A stretch of DNA of 64,000 nucleotides, taken from positions 15,924,213 to 15,988,212 of the forward strand of contig OZ234493.1 in the NCBI GenBank assembly GCA_965153455.1, written 5' to 3'. A program made the translations under genes and the position numbers. Positions 26,452-54,000 of this stretch are shown here, in pieces. Origin of the DNA: Sphagnum compactum (lineage: Eukaryota). Every line of letters begins with the position of its first letter. The stretch's first letter is position 1. Below the pieces are notes generated by a model, which saw nothing but the letters and a program-made list of their open reading frames with translations, made no database searches and had not been told where the DNA came from.

Positions 26452-27030
26452 GGACATATTATAACAATTTTACGGTTTTGTATGGGTTTGTGCAGTTTCT
26501 TTCAAAACAATTTTTATTTGGCAAAGTGGTAAATTTTTGTTGAAAAACCCCATTTTACACCTTAAAACATTTAAAAATTTCCAAGTTTTTCTCAAAGAAT
26601 TATAGTACAATTGGTTTTGTTGGAATTGTCAACACACCTTTCGATTGTTGATGACAGTTTATTATTGATTTTGTAACACAAAGGTTTCAATTTTCTAACA
26701 AATGAGTATTTCCCTCCAAATATTATGAATTGTGTATTGCTCTTTCTTTGGCAACATCTACTATTAGTACCTTCACATTCTTGACAAAATGTTTGTAGAC
26801 TTGGCCCCATTTCCATATAATGTCAACATTTCTTGCAGTTTTGTATTGTCAACATGTCCATAAATGTAATACATCACATTTTCAACGAACTTCAGTCATG
26901 TTTAGGAATGCAATTAAATCTCTGAGGTTGTCCCATAAAATATCTGTAATTGATTAAAATTATTCGTTCAACTAGATGCACAAATCAAGTTGAACTCATG
27001 TTCACGTTTTGGAATCAAATTAATATTATA
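26452..27030 (+). repeat. Diverged paralogue of the 19638-21810 segment, which is interrupted by insertions
   Basis: Collinear shared blocks ACAATTTTA.GGTTTTGT..ATGGGTTTGTGCAGTTT, GGAATGC.ATTAAATCTCT and TTCAACTAGATGCACAAATCAA.TTGAA. Confidence 0.7.
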
Positions 27031-28455
27031 TTGCCAATGAACTAGAGAACAACAATTTCATTGGATCAACAAAGTAGCCTATCTAAATTTTAAAACTTTT
27101 TTTGATAACACTGCCAAAAAGCAATCGGCCAACACTAATGCAAATCCTAAGCCATGGCCACTCAGTTCTACCAATAAGAAAATGATAAAACAATCTTTCT
27201 TCTGCTTACTGACTAGCAACGCGCAGGCAGAATTTTTTGGAATCTGCACCTTCTTTCACACTTGGCAAATTTGTACACTTCTAAACATTCATCCAACAAC
27301 TCATTGTAATAATCAATTTGGTATTCTCATTAGAAAATTGAAATTGGATAACTAGACTTTAGTAGTGTATGACTATGAGATTTCACAATATTAAGAAAAT
27401 TCAGCTATCAAATCTTTTAGGAACCGGTTAATGGTTAGCGTGAAACGAACCCAAAGAAACCCCACAAGAATGAAAGTGATCATAACCTTGTGATTCAATT
27501 GCAACTTCATCACTACTATTATCTTTTATCTATTAACAACTTCTTAGCTACCTACTTACTTAATTATTATCTAATTATCAACCTAACTTAACTTATTAAT
27601 TAATGTATCTTATATGACACCTAGGCTCAACTATATTGAGGGCTAGGCCTAGGTTGAGTGTTGGTACCATCTCAAGCACAAGAACTTCTCAACCCTGGAC
27701 AATCATTGTGATGTTCAACTTTTGAGAGATACCAGAAATCAAGTGTGGATTTGACAAATATGGACATGCTAGCATAAAGTTCCACAAATCCTACGTCCCT
27801 GTCTTGACATTCTTTGCAGCCATTACGTAATTTTACAAAAATCCTACGCACTTCTATTGACATTTCCAAACATGGTTCTCCAAGTCCAAGCTCTGATACA
27901 GTACTCGTGCATGCATAATACACGAACTAACTCCAAACCCTCCATTTAGGGGGCCCATTCCACCTAGGAATGTGGTGAGCTAATGTTCAATTAGGTGATA
28001 AAAGGTTTCTATCTGGGGGCTTGTTTCGAAAGGTAACTAATGTTCCTTGGTGGTCCTCACTGTCGATTCACATCATCCAAGGTTGCTCTCCACTGTTGAT
28101 GACAGCCCCACAAGTGGAAGCACCAGCTTGTCCCACCCAAGGAAAAAATCCAAAACCTATATATATATGGGTCCTTTACGGGACACGAAAACAGGTCACC
28201 AACTGTGGAACAGCCCAGGTATATTTGTGAACGCACCAAAGCCGGGTAGGGTGAACCCAGCTCTCATTACGTGGTACCGGGCATTACCAGGGCCTGTTCC
28301 AGGTCTAGAGCAAATCAGTATCCACCATTGCACCATCCACTGGATGCCAGTTATAAATAAGTAGTGGGTAGACCTCAAGTGAGTTATCTAGTCTCACCTT
28401 GGTAAGCCATTCTGTGAGACGTAGGTGCTGTCCATTTGTTGGCAGATAGGTAACA

Positions 28456-28770
28456 AGGGGTGTGTCCCCCCACTGTGGCCTTGCCATTTGCATTAAAAAG
28501 TATGTGAAGGCAAAAGAAGAATTATGGAAACTCAAATATTTCACCATGGAGAAATATAATCTTCAAAAAATCCTTTGAAAGAAATCAAAATCCTTCAAGA
28601 TAATATAACTCTATAACTAATCTCAAGTTTCAACACAAGCCAAAATATCATCTTTCAAAAATCCTCATATGAAAATAAACCTATTACCTAGTAGCCAAAA
28701 CCCCTTAAACTATTATACTCTATAATGAATCTAAACACAATATCCTTGCCTTGCTAGGCAATGCCAACAA
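28456..28770 (+). repeat. Dispersed repeat, copy 2 (family of 9940-10195)
   Basis: Direct homology to 9940-10195 and inverted homology to 41370-41690. Confidence 0.8.
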
Positions 28771-29431
28771 TAAAACAGGTAACTAGTATGTAAGTAGATG
28801 ACTTATACATAGGTAAGGGCTGTTTTTTAAAAAAGTAATTGAACTAACCAGTGTCGTCCTCAGCAATGGAACTGGAACCCAATAGAAAACTGTTTCCAAA
28901 GAACTTACCATTCATTCTGCATGGTGCACTGGTGGGTGCTGGTTCACCGGGACCCCAAGAAATTTTCCCCTAGGCTACCTCTTTGACGTGGCTACCCAAC
29001 TGACATGAACCCCAAGTCGGTTCCAAGAGCTCAAACAAAAAGAAGTTTTCCATGCTTTAGTACTCAATTGGTGGCAAATTGGTCAATTTCAACGCTTTTG
29101 TCTACTGCTGGTGAAGCTCGGGCCCCAGCAGATTCACCGTTTCGCTTGACTTTCAAAGTGACTAAACGTTACAGGAAATTTCCATGCAGAGGAAATTTGA
29201 ACTAGGTGCCAGCAAAATGCAATTAGCACTTGGCAATATCTCTCTACTTTTGCTTGTCCCTACCTAAGACCTTAAGTGTTGTAATTTATCACAGTTCTTT
29301 TGCATTCGGCATACTAGACTTGGCAAGTTCTTTTATTTTCAATTGATGTTGAGGATACTAAGCCACGCTTGTCTGTGTCTGTGCTTGCAGTGGTCAATAG
29401 TGGGTAGTCTTTCAAACTTTTGCTCCTAGTC

Positions 29432-38395
<8,964 letters not shown>

Positions 38396-38529
38396 TACGA
38401 TGACACATTTATGTTTATGGGCCATTGAACAACTTGTGGCCATGATTTACACAGTACATAACACGTTTATTTTATCTTTTGGCATCAATTTCCCAAGGAT
38501 TATTTTATAAACAAGGCTTTTCAAGTTTT

Positions 38530-38910
38530 CTTGCATGTTTGCCCACCTTGTCACTTTCTTCAAGACAAGACTACAATTGATGAAGGTAAAGCTACAATGC
38601 ATGAAGTGCTACAATTTGAATAGACTCACTATTTTCAATTTTCAATAGAATGTTTTCATCAAATTAGTTCTTAGATTCCTTCAATGCAACCATATACCCA
38701 TAAACGTTTGCGGCATCATGTTTAGGATTCTCCACTTTGTTTTAAGGAGGTCTATCAACACAACAAATCCATTTGTCTTTATTGTAAATATCCTCACACA
38801 CCTTATCCCCAAAAATTCAAGGTTTTTAAACCATTCCTTGTGACTAGGTCTTGGCTATATGTAGGAATTTGTAACAAAGTTGAGATTCTTTTTTAACAAC
38901 AAAATATTTT
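38530..38910 (-). mobile_element. Decayed PIF/Harbinger accessory ORF (Myb/SANT, NAM-associated type)
   Basis: Across frameshifts and stops the translation reads ESQLCYKFLHI..., GDKVCE..., LKTKWRIL.HDAA..., FTFINCSLVLKKVTRWA, which resembles Harbinger ORF1 motifs. Confidence 0.5.
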
Positions 38911-39799
38911 CTCCGTTGTAATATGGCACTTACTAATGAATATTTAAAACAACTAAAGATGCCAATTATTTTATTGATTAACCTTGAAGGGCAAGAAGAT
39001 GTCATGAACTTGTGTTCAAAGGCCATGATGTTGTTCTTGAATTGAATGATAATAATTTGGAGGGTGAGAACAAGATTTTCATTGGAACAAGTTTGGTTTC
39101 TAGAGGTTGGACCAAATGATGGTGGTATGGGTAAATTGTCACTTCATTTTACAATACAAATTGGCGTTGGATTTATTATATCCCGAGGGGACATTTAGTG
39201 AAAAGTTTGGGATTTACATGCGTGAAACAACCACTTTTAGGGGGGTATTAGATAATTATTCAACCTATTTTTTATCACCCTATTATTATCTTTTTTTTTA
39301 ATATATACATATTAAAGCCACCCTATATTAATTATAATCCATTGTTTCATATTATTACATACCCTATATTATAGTTGAATTGATTATTTGAATAGAATGC
39401 ACCTTATTTTTTAACTAATTAACTTATAATTTTTGGGTATATATTGCACCTTGTATTTTTATTCATGTATTTTCTACTTTTTTTACTAATGTTTCCCCCA
39501 CCCCTTAGATTATATCATTGTGAAGATGATCTTACATCACTCCAAAACAATACCCAAATCCATCTTCGTACTATTTTCATTAGGGATGTTAAACCATTAT
39601 ATTTATTATAATCATAATAATAATGATTGAGCCAAAAGTTTGTCCCCAACCTGCATTGACACATATAGTTTCTTCCAAAAGTATCCAACCCACAAGAATT
39701 CTCAACTTTGGCAATGTGGAGTCCAAACAACAGTAGTCCCCTTCCAGATACACATGTGCATTGCCCTGTCCATTGTCAATGATATATTCACAAACATAC

Positions 39800-40836
39800 T
39801 TGGCTTGATCCTCAATTATAACCAAGTAGTTGTGATAGGTAATTAAAAAGGGATAGTGAGGTTACCTTTCCCAACCCCAACTATTAGCAAGATGAAAGAT
39901 ATGGCAAATGGTGTCATCTTATGGCATAAGAAAGATATACTTATTCCTAAATAGTTCACGTTTGTAGTTTACCTAGGCAACAAATGAAAACTTGTTTGTA
40001 GGGATTGGATGGTCATGATATATATTAGAAATGACAATTTATTCGTTGATATTAGATCATGCTGTGTTTTTGTCACATGGAACATCTTTTGAACCTTTTT
40101 TCTAGATGCCAATGTAAACATATTTGGACAATGTAATAGGTTTGTGATTATATAATCTGAATACCATTTAAGCATGTAACCATTGCCACTATTTGATTAT
40201 GCTTAATTAACCTTGTCACCATTTGTAGACCTAAACTATCAACAAAATAATTATGTTTGTAGGGAATCAATTTTAACACATCTGTAAGCCATTGTTGGTT
40301 TAAAAAACCAATTAGCCGAAAACCATGAGTGGTCATGAAATGACAACACATTTTCATTTAGAATTACGATGGTTCAAAAACCCAATGTGTATTCAAGTAT
40401 AAAATAATAAAAAAGACCAAGGGCAGTGAGAAGATGAACAACCATAATTTTTCAATTAACATATGGTCTAAGTGATTAATTTCATCTAAAAGGTCATGGT
40501 TTCCTTTGACTAAGTTTAATTGAATTAACAAACAATTTTTATGATAGACCTTGGTCGAATAGGCAATGGACTATATGACGACTATTGATCAAAAGACCAT
40601 GATCTATAAGACAATCTTTAATCAGATAAATCACCTAGCTAATGTTTTAGAGTTAAGTACTAATGAACATATAAAGTTACCACGATATCAAAAATTGTGA
40701 CATATGTCCACATCATAAGAAGCCTATTAATGGCACCTGTCACTATGTGTGCATCCCATCACCCAACCACATGGGAGATAAAATAAACTAGATTGTGCCA
40801 TGTGGTGGTTTAAAAGATGGTGAACTTGAAGTTGTC
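39800..40836 (+). repeat. ~1.04-kb direct repeat, copy B
   Basis: Near-identical to 17131-18168. Confidence 0.9.
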
Positions 40837-41369
40837 TTTCAAACTTGAACTTGAAGGTCTTGAAGATTGGACCTTCATTGCTTCTGAAATTATTTAAACA
40901 CTCAACAACAGAGGTTATCACAAAAATAAAATAACTGTACAAACACTCATAATAATATGCATTCCATTGTACCTTGGTAGCATCAACTCTAGTTACATTA
41001 TTTCCAGAAAAAGTTGATTTTTTTTTTTCTAAGAACAAAATGTTGGGAAGGAATTTTTTTTGAATATTTGAGAATATTTCATTTGTCAAAATGAAATTTA
41101 GAAATTAATTAATCATTCAAACAGACATGTGTTGAAGTTTGGAAAGGTACTAAAGTGTATGGTAGGTGAGAAAAATGTTTTAAACAGAATGACGGAAACT
41201 TATTGCAAGCTTTTGGAACTTTTCATCCTGTGCTCATTCTAAAATATTTAAAATTATTCCTACCATCTCAGTCATAGCACTCACTCCTCAAGTTTTCAAC
41301 CAATGCATTCAAAATAAAGTCTGCATAGGTTACAAAACCCTGACCAAACTTTTCCTTTGCATTTATTGG

Positions 41370-41690
41370 CCTTGTCTACCAAGGCAAGGATATTGTATTT
41401 AGATTCATTATAGAGTATAGTAGCTTAAGGGATTTTGGCCCCTAAGTAGTAGGTCTAATTTTATATGAGGATTCTTGAAAGATGATACTTTGGCTTCTGT
41501 TGAAACTTGAGATTAGTTATAGGGTTATGATATCTTGAACGATTGTGGTTTTCTTTTTTTTAAAAGGTTTTCTTTTTTGAAGATTATATTTTTGCATGGT
41601 GAAATATTTAAATTTTCATAATTCTTCTTTTGACTTAAGATACTTTTTAATGTAAATGGCAAGGCCACGGTGTGATAAACCCCCTTGTTA
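41370..41690 (-). repeat. Dispersed repeat, copy 3 (inverted)
   Basis: Reverse complement of the 28456-28770 / 9940-10195 family. Confidence 0.75.
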
Positions 41691-41986
41691 TAAATCATAG
41701 TCTTCCTCCAAGCCTCCACTGCACCTTACAGTCTAGACTAGAAGGCCCTTTCAGGGGGGCAAATTCAAATTATGTGTGTTAGAGAATGGGTATGCCCTGG
41801 TTTTGGTACTTAGTGGTCCCCTTACCTCCTTGTGGCCTGCCACTTTTGGGCTGTTGGCTTACCTGGACTTTGGTCCTTGCCTCTTGTTTCTTTTTCTCTC
41901 TCTTTCTTGGGTGCTTTCTTTTTATAAAGTTTGGCAACGTTTCATCATTATGCTCCATGACAAAGACAATATATTATTATGTTAAA

Positions 41987-44497
41987 CTAGTGGGTACCCG
42001 TGACCTTCGGACACTGTGAAGTCCCTTGGTTTCTTTAAACCGAGAGAGACACACACAAAGGTGCAAAGCAGCTAATTTTATTTTTATTTTATTTATTTTT
42101 TGTGGCGAAAATCCGTTGAAAAGTCCCCCATGAAAACATACATGGTGAGGCGAGTGTTTTGGAAAATTTCCAAAAAAAAAACTAAATCGCCACATTTCTA
42201 GGAGGGTGAAAAAAAAGAGTTTTGAAATCGGCACATTTTGAGGAGAAAAAAAACAGGTTTTGAAATTGCCAAGATTTGTGGAGGATTTGGGCATATTCCA
42301 AGCTTTCTTCTTTTGAAACGCGTTTATGAAGGGCGTGCTAACCCTAACCCCCTTAAGTTTGGTGGGGAGATAATGTTTTGCATCTTGGGGGGGTGGGCTG
42401 GGTGAGCCAGGTGGAGTTGTGTCCAATGCCCACATGTTCTAAAAACAGTTTAAATTGATGACCCAATGCACATCATAGCCCCAATTAAAAGCAGTCAAGT
42501 TGGGATGCACTTACAAAAGCAAAGTAAAAAATGACCATTGACGTATGCAAACCTTGACTTTATACACGACTTTATCTCTACCATTACTGAGTAAAATAGT
42601 AAAGAATAATTTTGAACCTACTCCATAATCCATTATAATCCAGTGCTAACCCTCACCCCCTTACCCCCAAGGAGGACGACCGGACAGATAGACACCTAAA
42701 ATATTATATATAGTGGGTACCCGTGACCTGCGGGCACTGTGAAGTCCCCCGGTTTCTTCAAACTTGGTTCATGTTTTAGTTTTTTCTAGAAACTTTTATC
42801 TTTTTTATTTTTTATTTTTATGTGTTTTTTGTTTTTATTATTATTTTGTATTATTTTATATATAGTGGGTACCCGCGACCTTCGGACACACACAAAGGCG
42901 CAAAGCAGCTAATTTCATTTATATTTTTTTGTGGCAAAAATCCGCTAAAAAGTCCCCCATGAAAACATACATGGTGAAGCAAGTGTTTTGGAAAATTTCC
43001 AAAAAGAAAACTAAATCGCCACATTTTGAAGAGGGAAAAAAAAAAAGTTTTGAAATCGCCACATTTTGAGGAGGGAAAATACAGGTTTTGAAATTGCCAA
43101 GATTTGTGGAGGATTTGGGCACATTCCAAGCTTTCTTCTTTTGAAACGCGTTTATGAAGGGCGTGCTAACCCTAACCCCCTTACCCCCAAGGAGGACGAT
43201 CAGACAGATAGACACCTAAAACATTACATAGTGGGTACCCGTGACCTTTGGGCACTGTGAAGTCCCCCGGTTTCTTCAAACTTGGTTCATGTTTTAGTTT
43301 TTTCTAGAAACTTTTATCTTTTTTATTTTTTATTTTTATGTGTTTTCTATTTTTATTATTATTTTGTATAATAAAAATAAAGTGTTTCTTTTTCACTTTT
43401 ATATTTTTGTTTATTTGGATGCAAGTTTGAACTTTGGAGAAAGAAGACACACCTCATTCTTTTTCAAGTAGGGTTTTTCTTCATTATTATAAGTTTTATT
43501 TTTTCTTATTTTTTACTCTTTATTTGGTTTCTTCATTTTATTTTATTTTTAAATTGAAATTTTTTTATTGTATTTCCCTTTCCTTGTTTCATTTGTTTCC
43601 ATTCCTTTTTTATAGTTTTTGCATTTTTACTTTTTTTGTTGATGTTTGTTTCATGTTTTTATTTTTTCTATTCTTATTTTGTCTATCTTCATTTTTTTCT
43701 ATTTTTATGCATTTATTTATTTATTTTGTTTCTATTTTCTTTTTCAAAAAAATTCTAGTTTTTCTAATATGTTTTATAATGAAAATAATTTTAAAATAAT
43801 TTTGTATTTTTGTGTGATTAGATGCAGGTTTGAAGTTTGGAAAAAGAAGACAAACCTCATTTTTTTTTCAAGTATGGTTTTTTTTCTCTTTCTTTTGCTC
43901 ACTGTTTTGTTTCTTATTTTTTGTCATCTATTTTTTGATTTTCTTTTAAGATTATTTTACTGTATTTCCCTTTTTTTTCATGTTTAAATATATTTATTTT
44001 ATATGTTTTCATTTTGTTTCTATTTTAAAGTGTTTTTAAAAAGTTTCTAATTGTTAAAGTGTTTTTTGTTTTTATTTTTTTTCTAGTTTTTTCCCTTTGA
44101 AAAATATATATTTGTTCGGTTTTTTTCTTTTTTGTTACAACTTGTTTCATTTTATTTATTTATTAATAACTTGTTTTTTTCTTTTTTAATTTGAAATTTC
44201 TTGTGTTGTCTTCAAAAGATTTCTTCTCTCGTTTCTCATTTTTTTTTCAACAATTTTTAGTTTTTTAAAATTAGTTTGTAGCTTTTGGCAAATTGCAAGA
44301 CTAGAGGATTGGATCGCATAAACATTTGGATAAACTGTTGCTGCCGCCATTCCTCCTCCTCCTCTTCCATCATCTTCTTCTTCCGGGATGAGGAACTTGG
44401 ATGGATGAATGTCAAGACGGATGAAGGGACGGATGGATGGAAAGGACGACCGGACACCACCGCAAGCGGACAAAACCAAGGATATTATATAAGTAGA
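41987..44497 (-). mobile_element. Composite non-autonomous Helitron, about 2.5 kb, with multiple internal 3' termini
   Basis: Minus strand has a 5' A|TCTACTTATATAAT at 44497 and a 3' hairpin plus GGGTACCCACTAG|T at 41987, giving a canonical A|T insertion. Internal duplications 41990-42355 ~ 42863-43180 and 42643-42852 ~ 43162-43370. Confidence 0.8.
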
Positions 44498-45804
44498 TTA
44501 TGCACCAGAGATAACGAAATGTAAGTAATGATAACCTTTGATGAGATTTTGAAGAACCTTCAAAAATAATATAATATTTTCTTTAAACCCGTTATGTGTA
44601 GGAAAAGGCCCTAGTTTTAGTTTTATTTTTATTGTATATAACTTTTGGAGTGAGTTTGAGGATGATTTTTTGAATTTACAAATCCTTCAATTCTAGAGAC
44701 TTCCCAAGAATTTGAAACCCAATTTTGGTTAAGAACTGATTCAATTCTATTTACATTGCACCAAACAAGAGTTAATAACTTACATAAATATGTATGCACA
44801 CTCATGAGGTATTAGTGCAACATAAAATTAAAGAAATATGCAATCAAGAAAATGAAATCTTGACAACTAATGAAACAAGGCATCCAACCCTAATTTTTTA
44901 CCCATTTGGAGGGAGGGTGGCTTGTTTCTTTGAGAGAGTGGGATACACTTTTGTAAAGCAAATAAACTTGAACTTGCCAACATTGGTGCAAACCTGATTT
45001 TGATATGTTAATGCCCTCATGCAAGAGGCCGTTACCTGTTGTAAAGAAAGAGGTCCCAGGACAAGATCAAATAAGAAAGATGTAAAATCGATGGGTTGAA
45101 ATAAACCTTAATGACTTTGTGAACTTGCCTCAGAAATAGTGAGAATTTTACAAAGTGCAAGAACTATTCCTTGAAATGAAATATACCGAGGGTGTAAATT
45201 TCATTAGATAGACAAGCCTCCATTTCACACTAAATATTTCCTCCAGAAATTATAAAATGGCAACCCTTCGTATCAGAGAAACAATACATTATATGAAGCT
45301 TGCAGTTGACTTCTCAGATGATATGTTGATGTGAAACTGTATTTTGCAGTTCTTTACTATTTCTTCCTCACACAATGGTCCACCACCGCGTGTGAAACTA
45401 TGGCCATCAACACCAAATCTTGAGCTCCAAATGATCATAGTTTCAATTTGCTTCACCCCTTGATGAAGAGTAGATAAGTCTAATAGAATCTCAAGGCATT
45501 GCGTGTTGTAAACATACCAACAAGCATTCCAGAAGTGCATGCTGCATGTTAGGTTCTAAGGGAAAGACACCAGACGCCATACACAATGTCTGCTGTGCAC
45601 AAGATGGCCGGACATTCTATAAGGCTAGTAGGTATCAACACCTGATACACTTGGAAATTCTGTGTCAATGATCAATGATAATTATGTCATCACTGCTGGC
45701 CATTTTACATTCACAGTGGGTAAGAACTTCAAGAAGCATACCGGCATGCTTGCAGTGCATTAGAGGGCATGGGACCTTAACATTCTAGGTAGAAAAGTCA
45801 CCAT

Positions 45805-46022
45805 TGCCAGTTTTGCTGTTCCATCACAATGTGATGTAGGCATTCTTCAGTTGCATTGAATGACCCGCAGAGTGGCATTCTGGCATGATTGCAGAGCATT
45901 ATAGGCCAAAGGGACCCTGACATCCAAGGTAAAACGGTGACCATTGCAATGCATAGATGCCAGTTTTGCTGTTCCATTTTAATGTAGGCATTCTTCAGTT
46001 GCATTGAATGACCCACAGAGTG
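45805..46022. repeat. Two ~65-70 bp direct repeats downstream of KARI
   Basis: TGCCAGTTTTGCTGTTCCAT...ATGTAGGCATTCTTCAGTTGCATTGAATGACCC.CAGAGTG at about 45805 and 45958. Confidence 0.75.
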
Positions 46023-46295
46023 ATGATCAGATCTCAAATATTTCAGCAGCACTGCCATTTTCCAGAGATGTTTTCAAAATTGCTGTTTGGATTCACCAAA
46101 CAAGCATAACAAAACTCAGGATCCCCTCTTTTATTCATCCTCAGTTCAACAAAGGCATTGCTCTTGTCATTACCCTCCCTCTTCAGGCACCCTGACTAGT
46201 GGTTGGTGGCCTTTGAAGATCTCAACTATTTAAGCCTACTGAAAGTAGTAGGCACCCTGAGTTTGATGAGAATACCTTATCACAGTCTCCTGTGC

Positions 46296-50513
<4,218 letters not shown>

Positions 50514-50631
50514 GGATTTCTGCACTTGGCTGAACGAAGCGCAGGCACAAGATCGCTGCAAATTTGCAAAGAGAGTTTAGAGCGGCTGCGTCTTTCCCTT
50601 TTTCCATCGGCGGCTTCAGCCTTCTACTCCG

Positions 50632-51035
50632 GACCTACCTGATTACGATTTCCCGAACCTACCTCAACTAATTTCCTTACCCCTGTTATCTCATTTACGA
50701 ACCTACCGAGAATCATTTCCCGACCTACCTTATCTCATTTGCGAACCTACAGAGAATCATTTCCCGACCTACCATATGTCAATTGGCGAACTTCCAGAGA
50801 ATCATTTCCTGACCTACCTTATCTCATTTGCGAACGTACCGAGAATCATTCCCCGACCTACCCTCTCATTTGCGAACCTAAGGAGAATAATTTTCCGACC
50901 TATCCGATTTCATTTCCGAACTTACCAAGGAAGTTACCGAGGTTCGTTTCCTGACCTATTTTCTCTCGTTTGCGAACTTACCGAGGTTCATTTTCTGACC
51001 TGTCTTATCTCATTTACTAACCTACCAGATTCCGT
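50632..51035. repeat. ~44-bp (2 x 22-bp) minisatellite immediately upstream of KARI
   Basis: About 8-9 degenerate copies of GAACCTACCGAGAATCATTTCCCGACCTACCTTATCTCATTTGC. Confidence 0.9.
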
Positions 51036-54000
51036 TTCCAACCACGTTTGACGAGGACGAGCCTACCACTGTCTGGTAGGTTCGGACTATTGGATAGATG
51101 TCTAGCCTCTTAAACCTCCACGTGTGATTAGGTTCCCACAGATTTTATTTTTTTCACTATATTTCTCTTACTTAGGCCTACTTTGTTTTAAACACCCACT
51201 TTGTATTTCCTTTGGAACACATGCATAGGAAATTTTTTAAAAAATATTTTTGAGTCTATAAAATATTTTTATTTATTTATTAAATTTAATTGATATTGTT
51301 AATAAATTACCTAGGGTTTTCAACATTATGAAAAATAGCATCCTATTTCTATTAACAACAGACAAGATGGGACTAGGGTTTATATAGGGTTTGGGTTAAA
51401 AGGGACGAAATATGGGTTCAAAGGATCTTACTTGACATGTGATTGGACCGTCAGATTAGATATTTTCACAAGGGAGGAGCCCTCGTGCAGCCCACCGTTC
51501 TTTGCCTTTTGCACTATATCCACATTAAATGCATTATAGCGAATTTTGTCATCATATGAATTGTGATGAAATTGTGAATGGACCAAAAAAGATTAAATCA
51601 TAATGGATAAATGATTTTCGAAAGTCCAATATTGAGAATAAATGAGAAACAACATTATTTTTTCCAACAAATTTTGTTCCTTTTTTGACAATGTTTTGGA
51701 GAAAATAGGGGGAAAACATTTTTTTATAAAATAAGTTGAATTAATTTTGCTAAAATTTTGGAAAATCTATAAATTGAAGAGCAATGTTAGATATGTAGTT
51801 AGGTACTTAGGTAGGTTGCTAGGGTAGGTAGGCTAATACTTTAAATACATAAATTAGGTAGGATAATTATGTAAGTTAGGTAGGGTAGTTAAGTTACGCT
51901 ACCTACCTAAGTTAGAAAAAAATGATCATAATAATAAAATGAAACAAAATGTTGTATGTTGAAAATGTGGTGCAATTGTTCAAGACTTGTTTCCCAACAT
52001 GGAGGTGATGGGTTCAAATCTTCAACCTTGCAACATGTATATGTATGACAAGGCTAGGCCTAGGTTGCTGCTTAAAATACTTAGCTTAGAGCTAGGTTTA
52101 GTTAAGTTTGTTAGCTATCCTACCTAGCATAGGCCATATGCACACATGTCCCAATTGTGCATGGGACAAATGTCATCATATTTTATGCATACATTTACAT
52201 GGTTGGTGATTGGTGAGTTGTAAAAATAGTCACATGTAGTTGTAACCTTGGTGCAATTAAGCTTATGACATCCAAAACCATCAAAGATACTACATGAAAA
52301 ACATTGGTCAAATCATATGGAAGATGCAATTGTTGTTGTGATTGGGTGCCACATAATGTGCCATGCATAATCTTTTGTGACTAATGTTTTTCACAACTTT
52401 TTAAAGGTGATTGAACATTGTGACAGTCACATGTGATATTTGCAACTTAAAACTAATTATAAATTTAGTTGTTAATATGTGAATTCGTTATAATGGTGGA
52501 ACTAGTTTTTTTTTTGGGGTTAGATTTGGAATCAAAACTAAAATCATGAAAAAATATTTTTCAACATAGGGTCAAGATTTTGTAAGTATGAAAGTTGAAT
52601 TTTTTAAAATGTTGATAAGTATGTTGAATTTTATAGTTAATTATTAATTAGTTGTCGAATTCAATTCGTACATAGACCTTCATTTTAATTTGTTGTAATA
52701 CTTTCTACTCATACAATTCTTTGGGAATGCATAATGTGCACATGGAGTTAGATTTAGATTTTGAATTGGGCCCAAAGGTTTTTGAGTTTGAAAAAAATGT
52801 GTTAGAACCAAAATTGAAAGGTTTAGGAATTGAAAGAATTGGGTTAAACCTGCCCGTAATAAAACTTGCAACTAGATTTTGCATTGTCAAACTAAGATAT
52901 ATGGTTTTTATAAAAGGAAGAACCACACATCATTGATGAGAACTAATCTTTTGAAAGTATTTGGTTTGCAATGTTAAATCTAGAATTTTAGGGTCAAATT
53001 CTTATGACTAAGTTAGGACCCTTTTGTTGGTATCATCACAAGAACTAGAACATAGAACTAGCCTTTTGCTAGATTCAGAATCAAATCTAAAATTGTGAAA
53101 AAACATTTATGAACACAAGCTTAAGTTCTTTATATAAGCAAGTTGATATTTTTTGTGAAAAATTGACAAGTGAGCTGAACTTTATATTTAAATATTAGTT
53201 TAAATTAGTTGTTAAACTCTACATAGTCCTTGGTTTTAATTTGATACAAAGCTTTGTACATAAAGCATTTTGATAAAAATATTTTTTGCATGTGGAATGG
53301 GCTTAATGATTAATCCCATGAACTTACTTGGGCATTGGTTTCACTTCACAAGCTGACCCTAAAGTAGGATAGGGCCCTTAATTTATTTCAAAATGCTTTA
53401 TGAAAAGATAAGAGACCCCTTCCATGCTTCATAAGTTCTCACCCTTTCATTATCACAAAGGCTCAAACTTGTTAAACCCCTTAGGCCGGTGCCTTACCCT
53501 ACACGTAGAGGCTCTTGAATTTGAAATTGAAGGGTTTAAAGGGCTCAAACCTACACCTTGAGAACCTCCAACAAAATATGAAGTGTCTCAGCTGGGACCG
53601 GAGGTTCTCGTAAAAATGACGAACCACAGGACAACTGGTGAGAACCTCCCGAAGGTGCGGTCCGGGGGTTTCAGGTTCGGAAGCATTTGAAGGTGAAGTT
53701 CGGTGGGGCGATTTCTGGTTCGGGGATACACGAAGCTGGAGCCCTGGGAGCAACGAAGGAGTGCGGGCCACACACGCGGGAGAGGGTCGAGCACCAACAC
53801 TTAGCGCGCGGGTGGCTTAGTTGCTGCGTATCGGGCGACGATGGCGGAGACTTGATCCTTGTCCAGTCGGCCAATTCCCGCTTGGCTTCCGGAAGTCCTT
53901 GTCCTTCCCTGCTGCAAGCCATTGTAGGTAGGAAGGGAAGGAAGCTGCCAGACTTGTGGGTACCCATTCGTTTGATTCTTGAGCACTGCTGGAATAGGGA

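Noticed and set aside
27672-27923. Possible Copia gag remnant or PBS-like TGTATCAGAGC on the minus strand
   Set aside because: The resemblance is weak and there are no LTRs or pol motifs nearby.
50632-51035. Regularly spaced repeats resembling a CRISPR array
   Set aside because: The units are contiguous degenerate tandem copies without unique spacers, there are no cas genes, and the context is eukaryotic.
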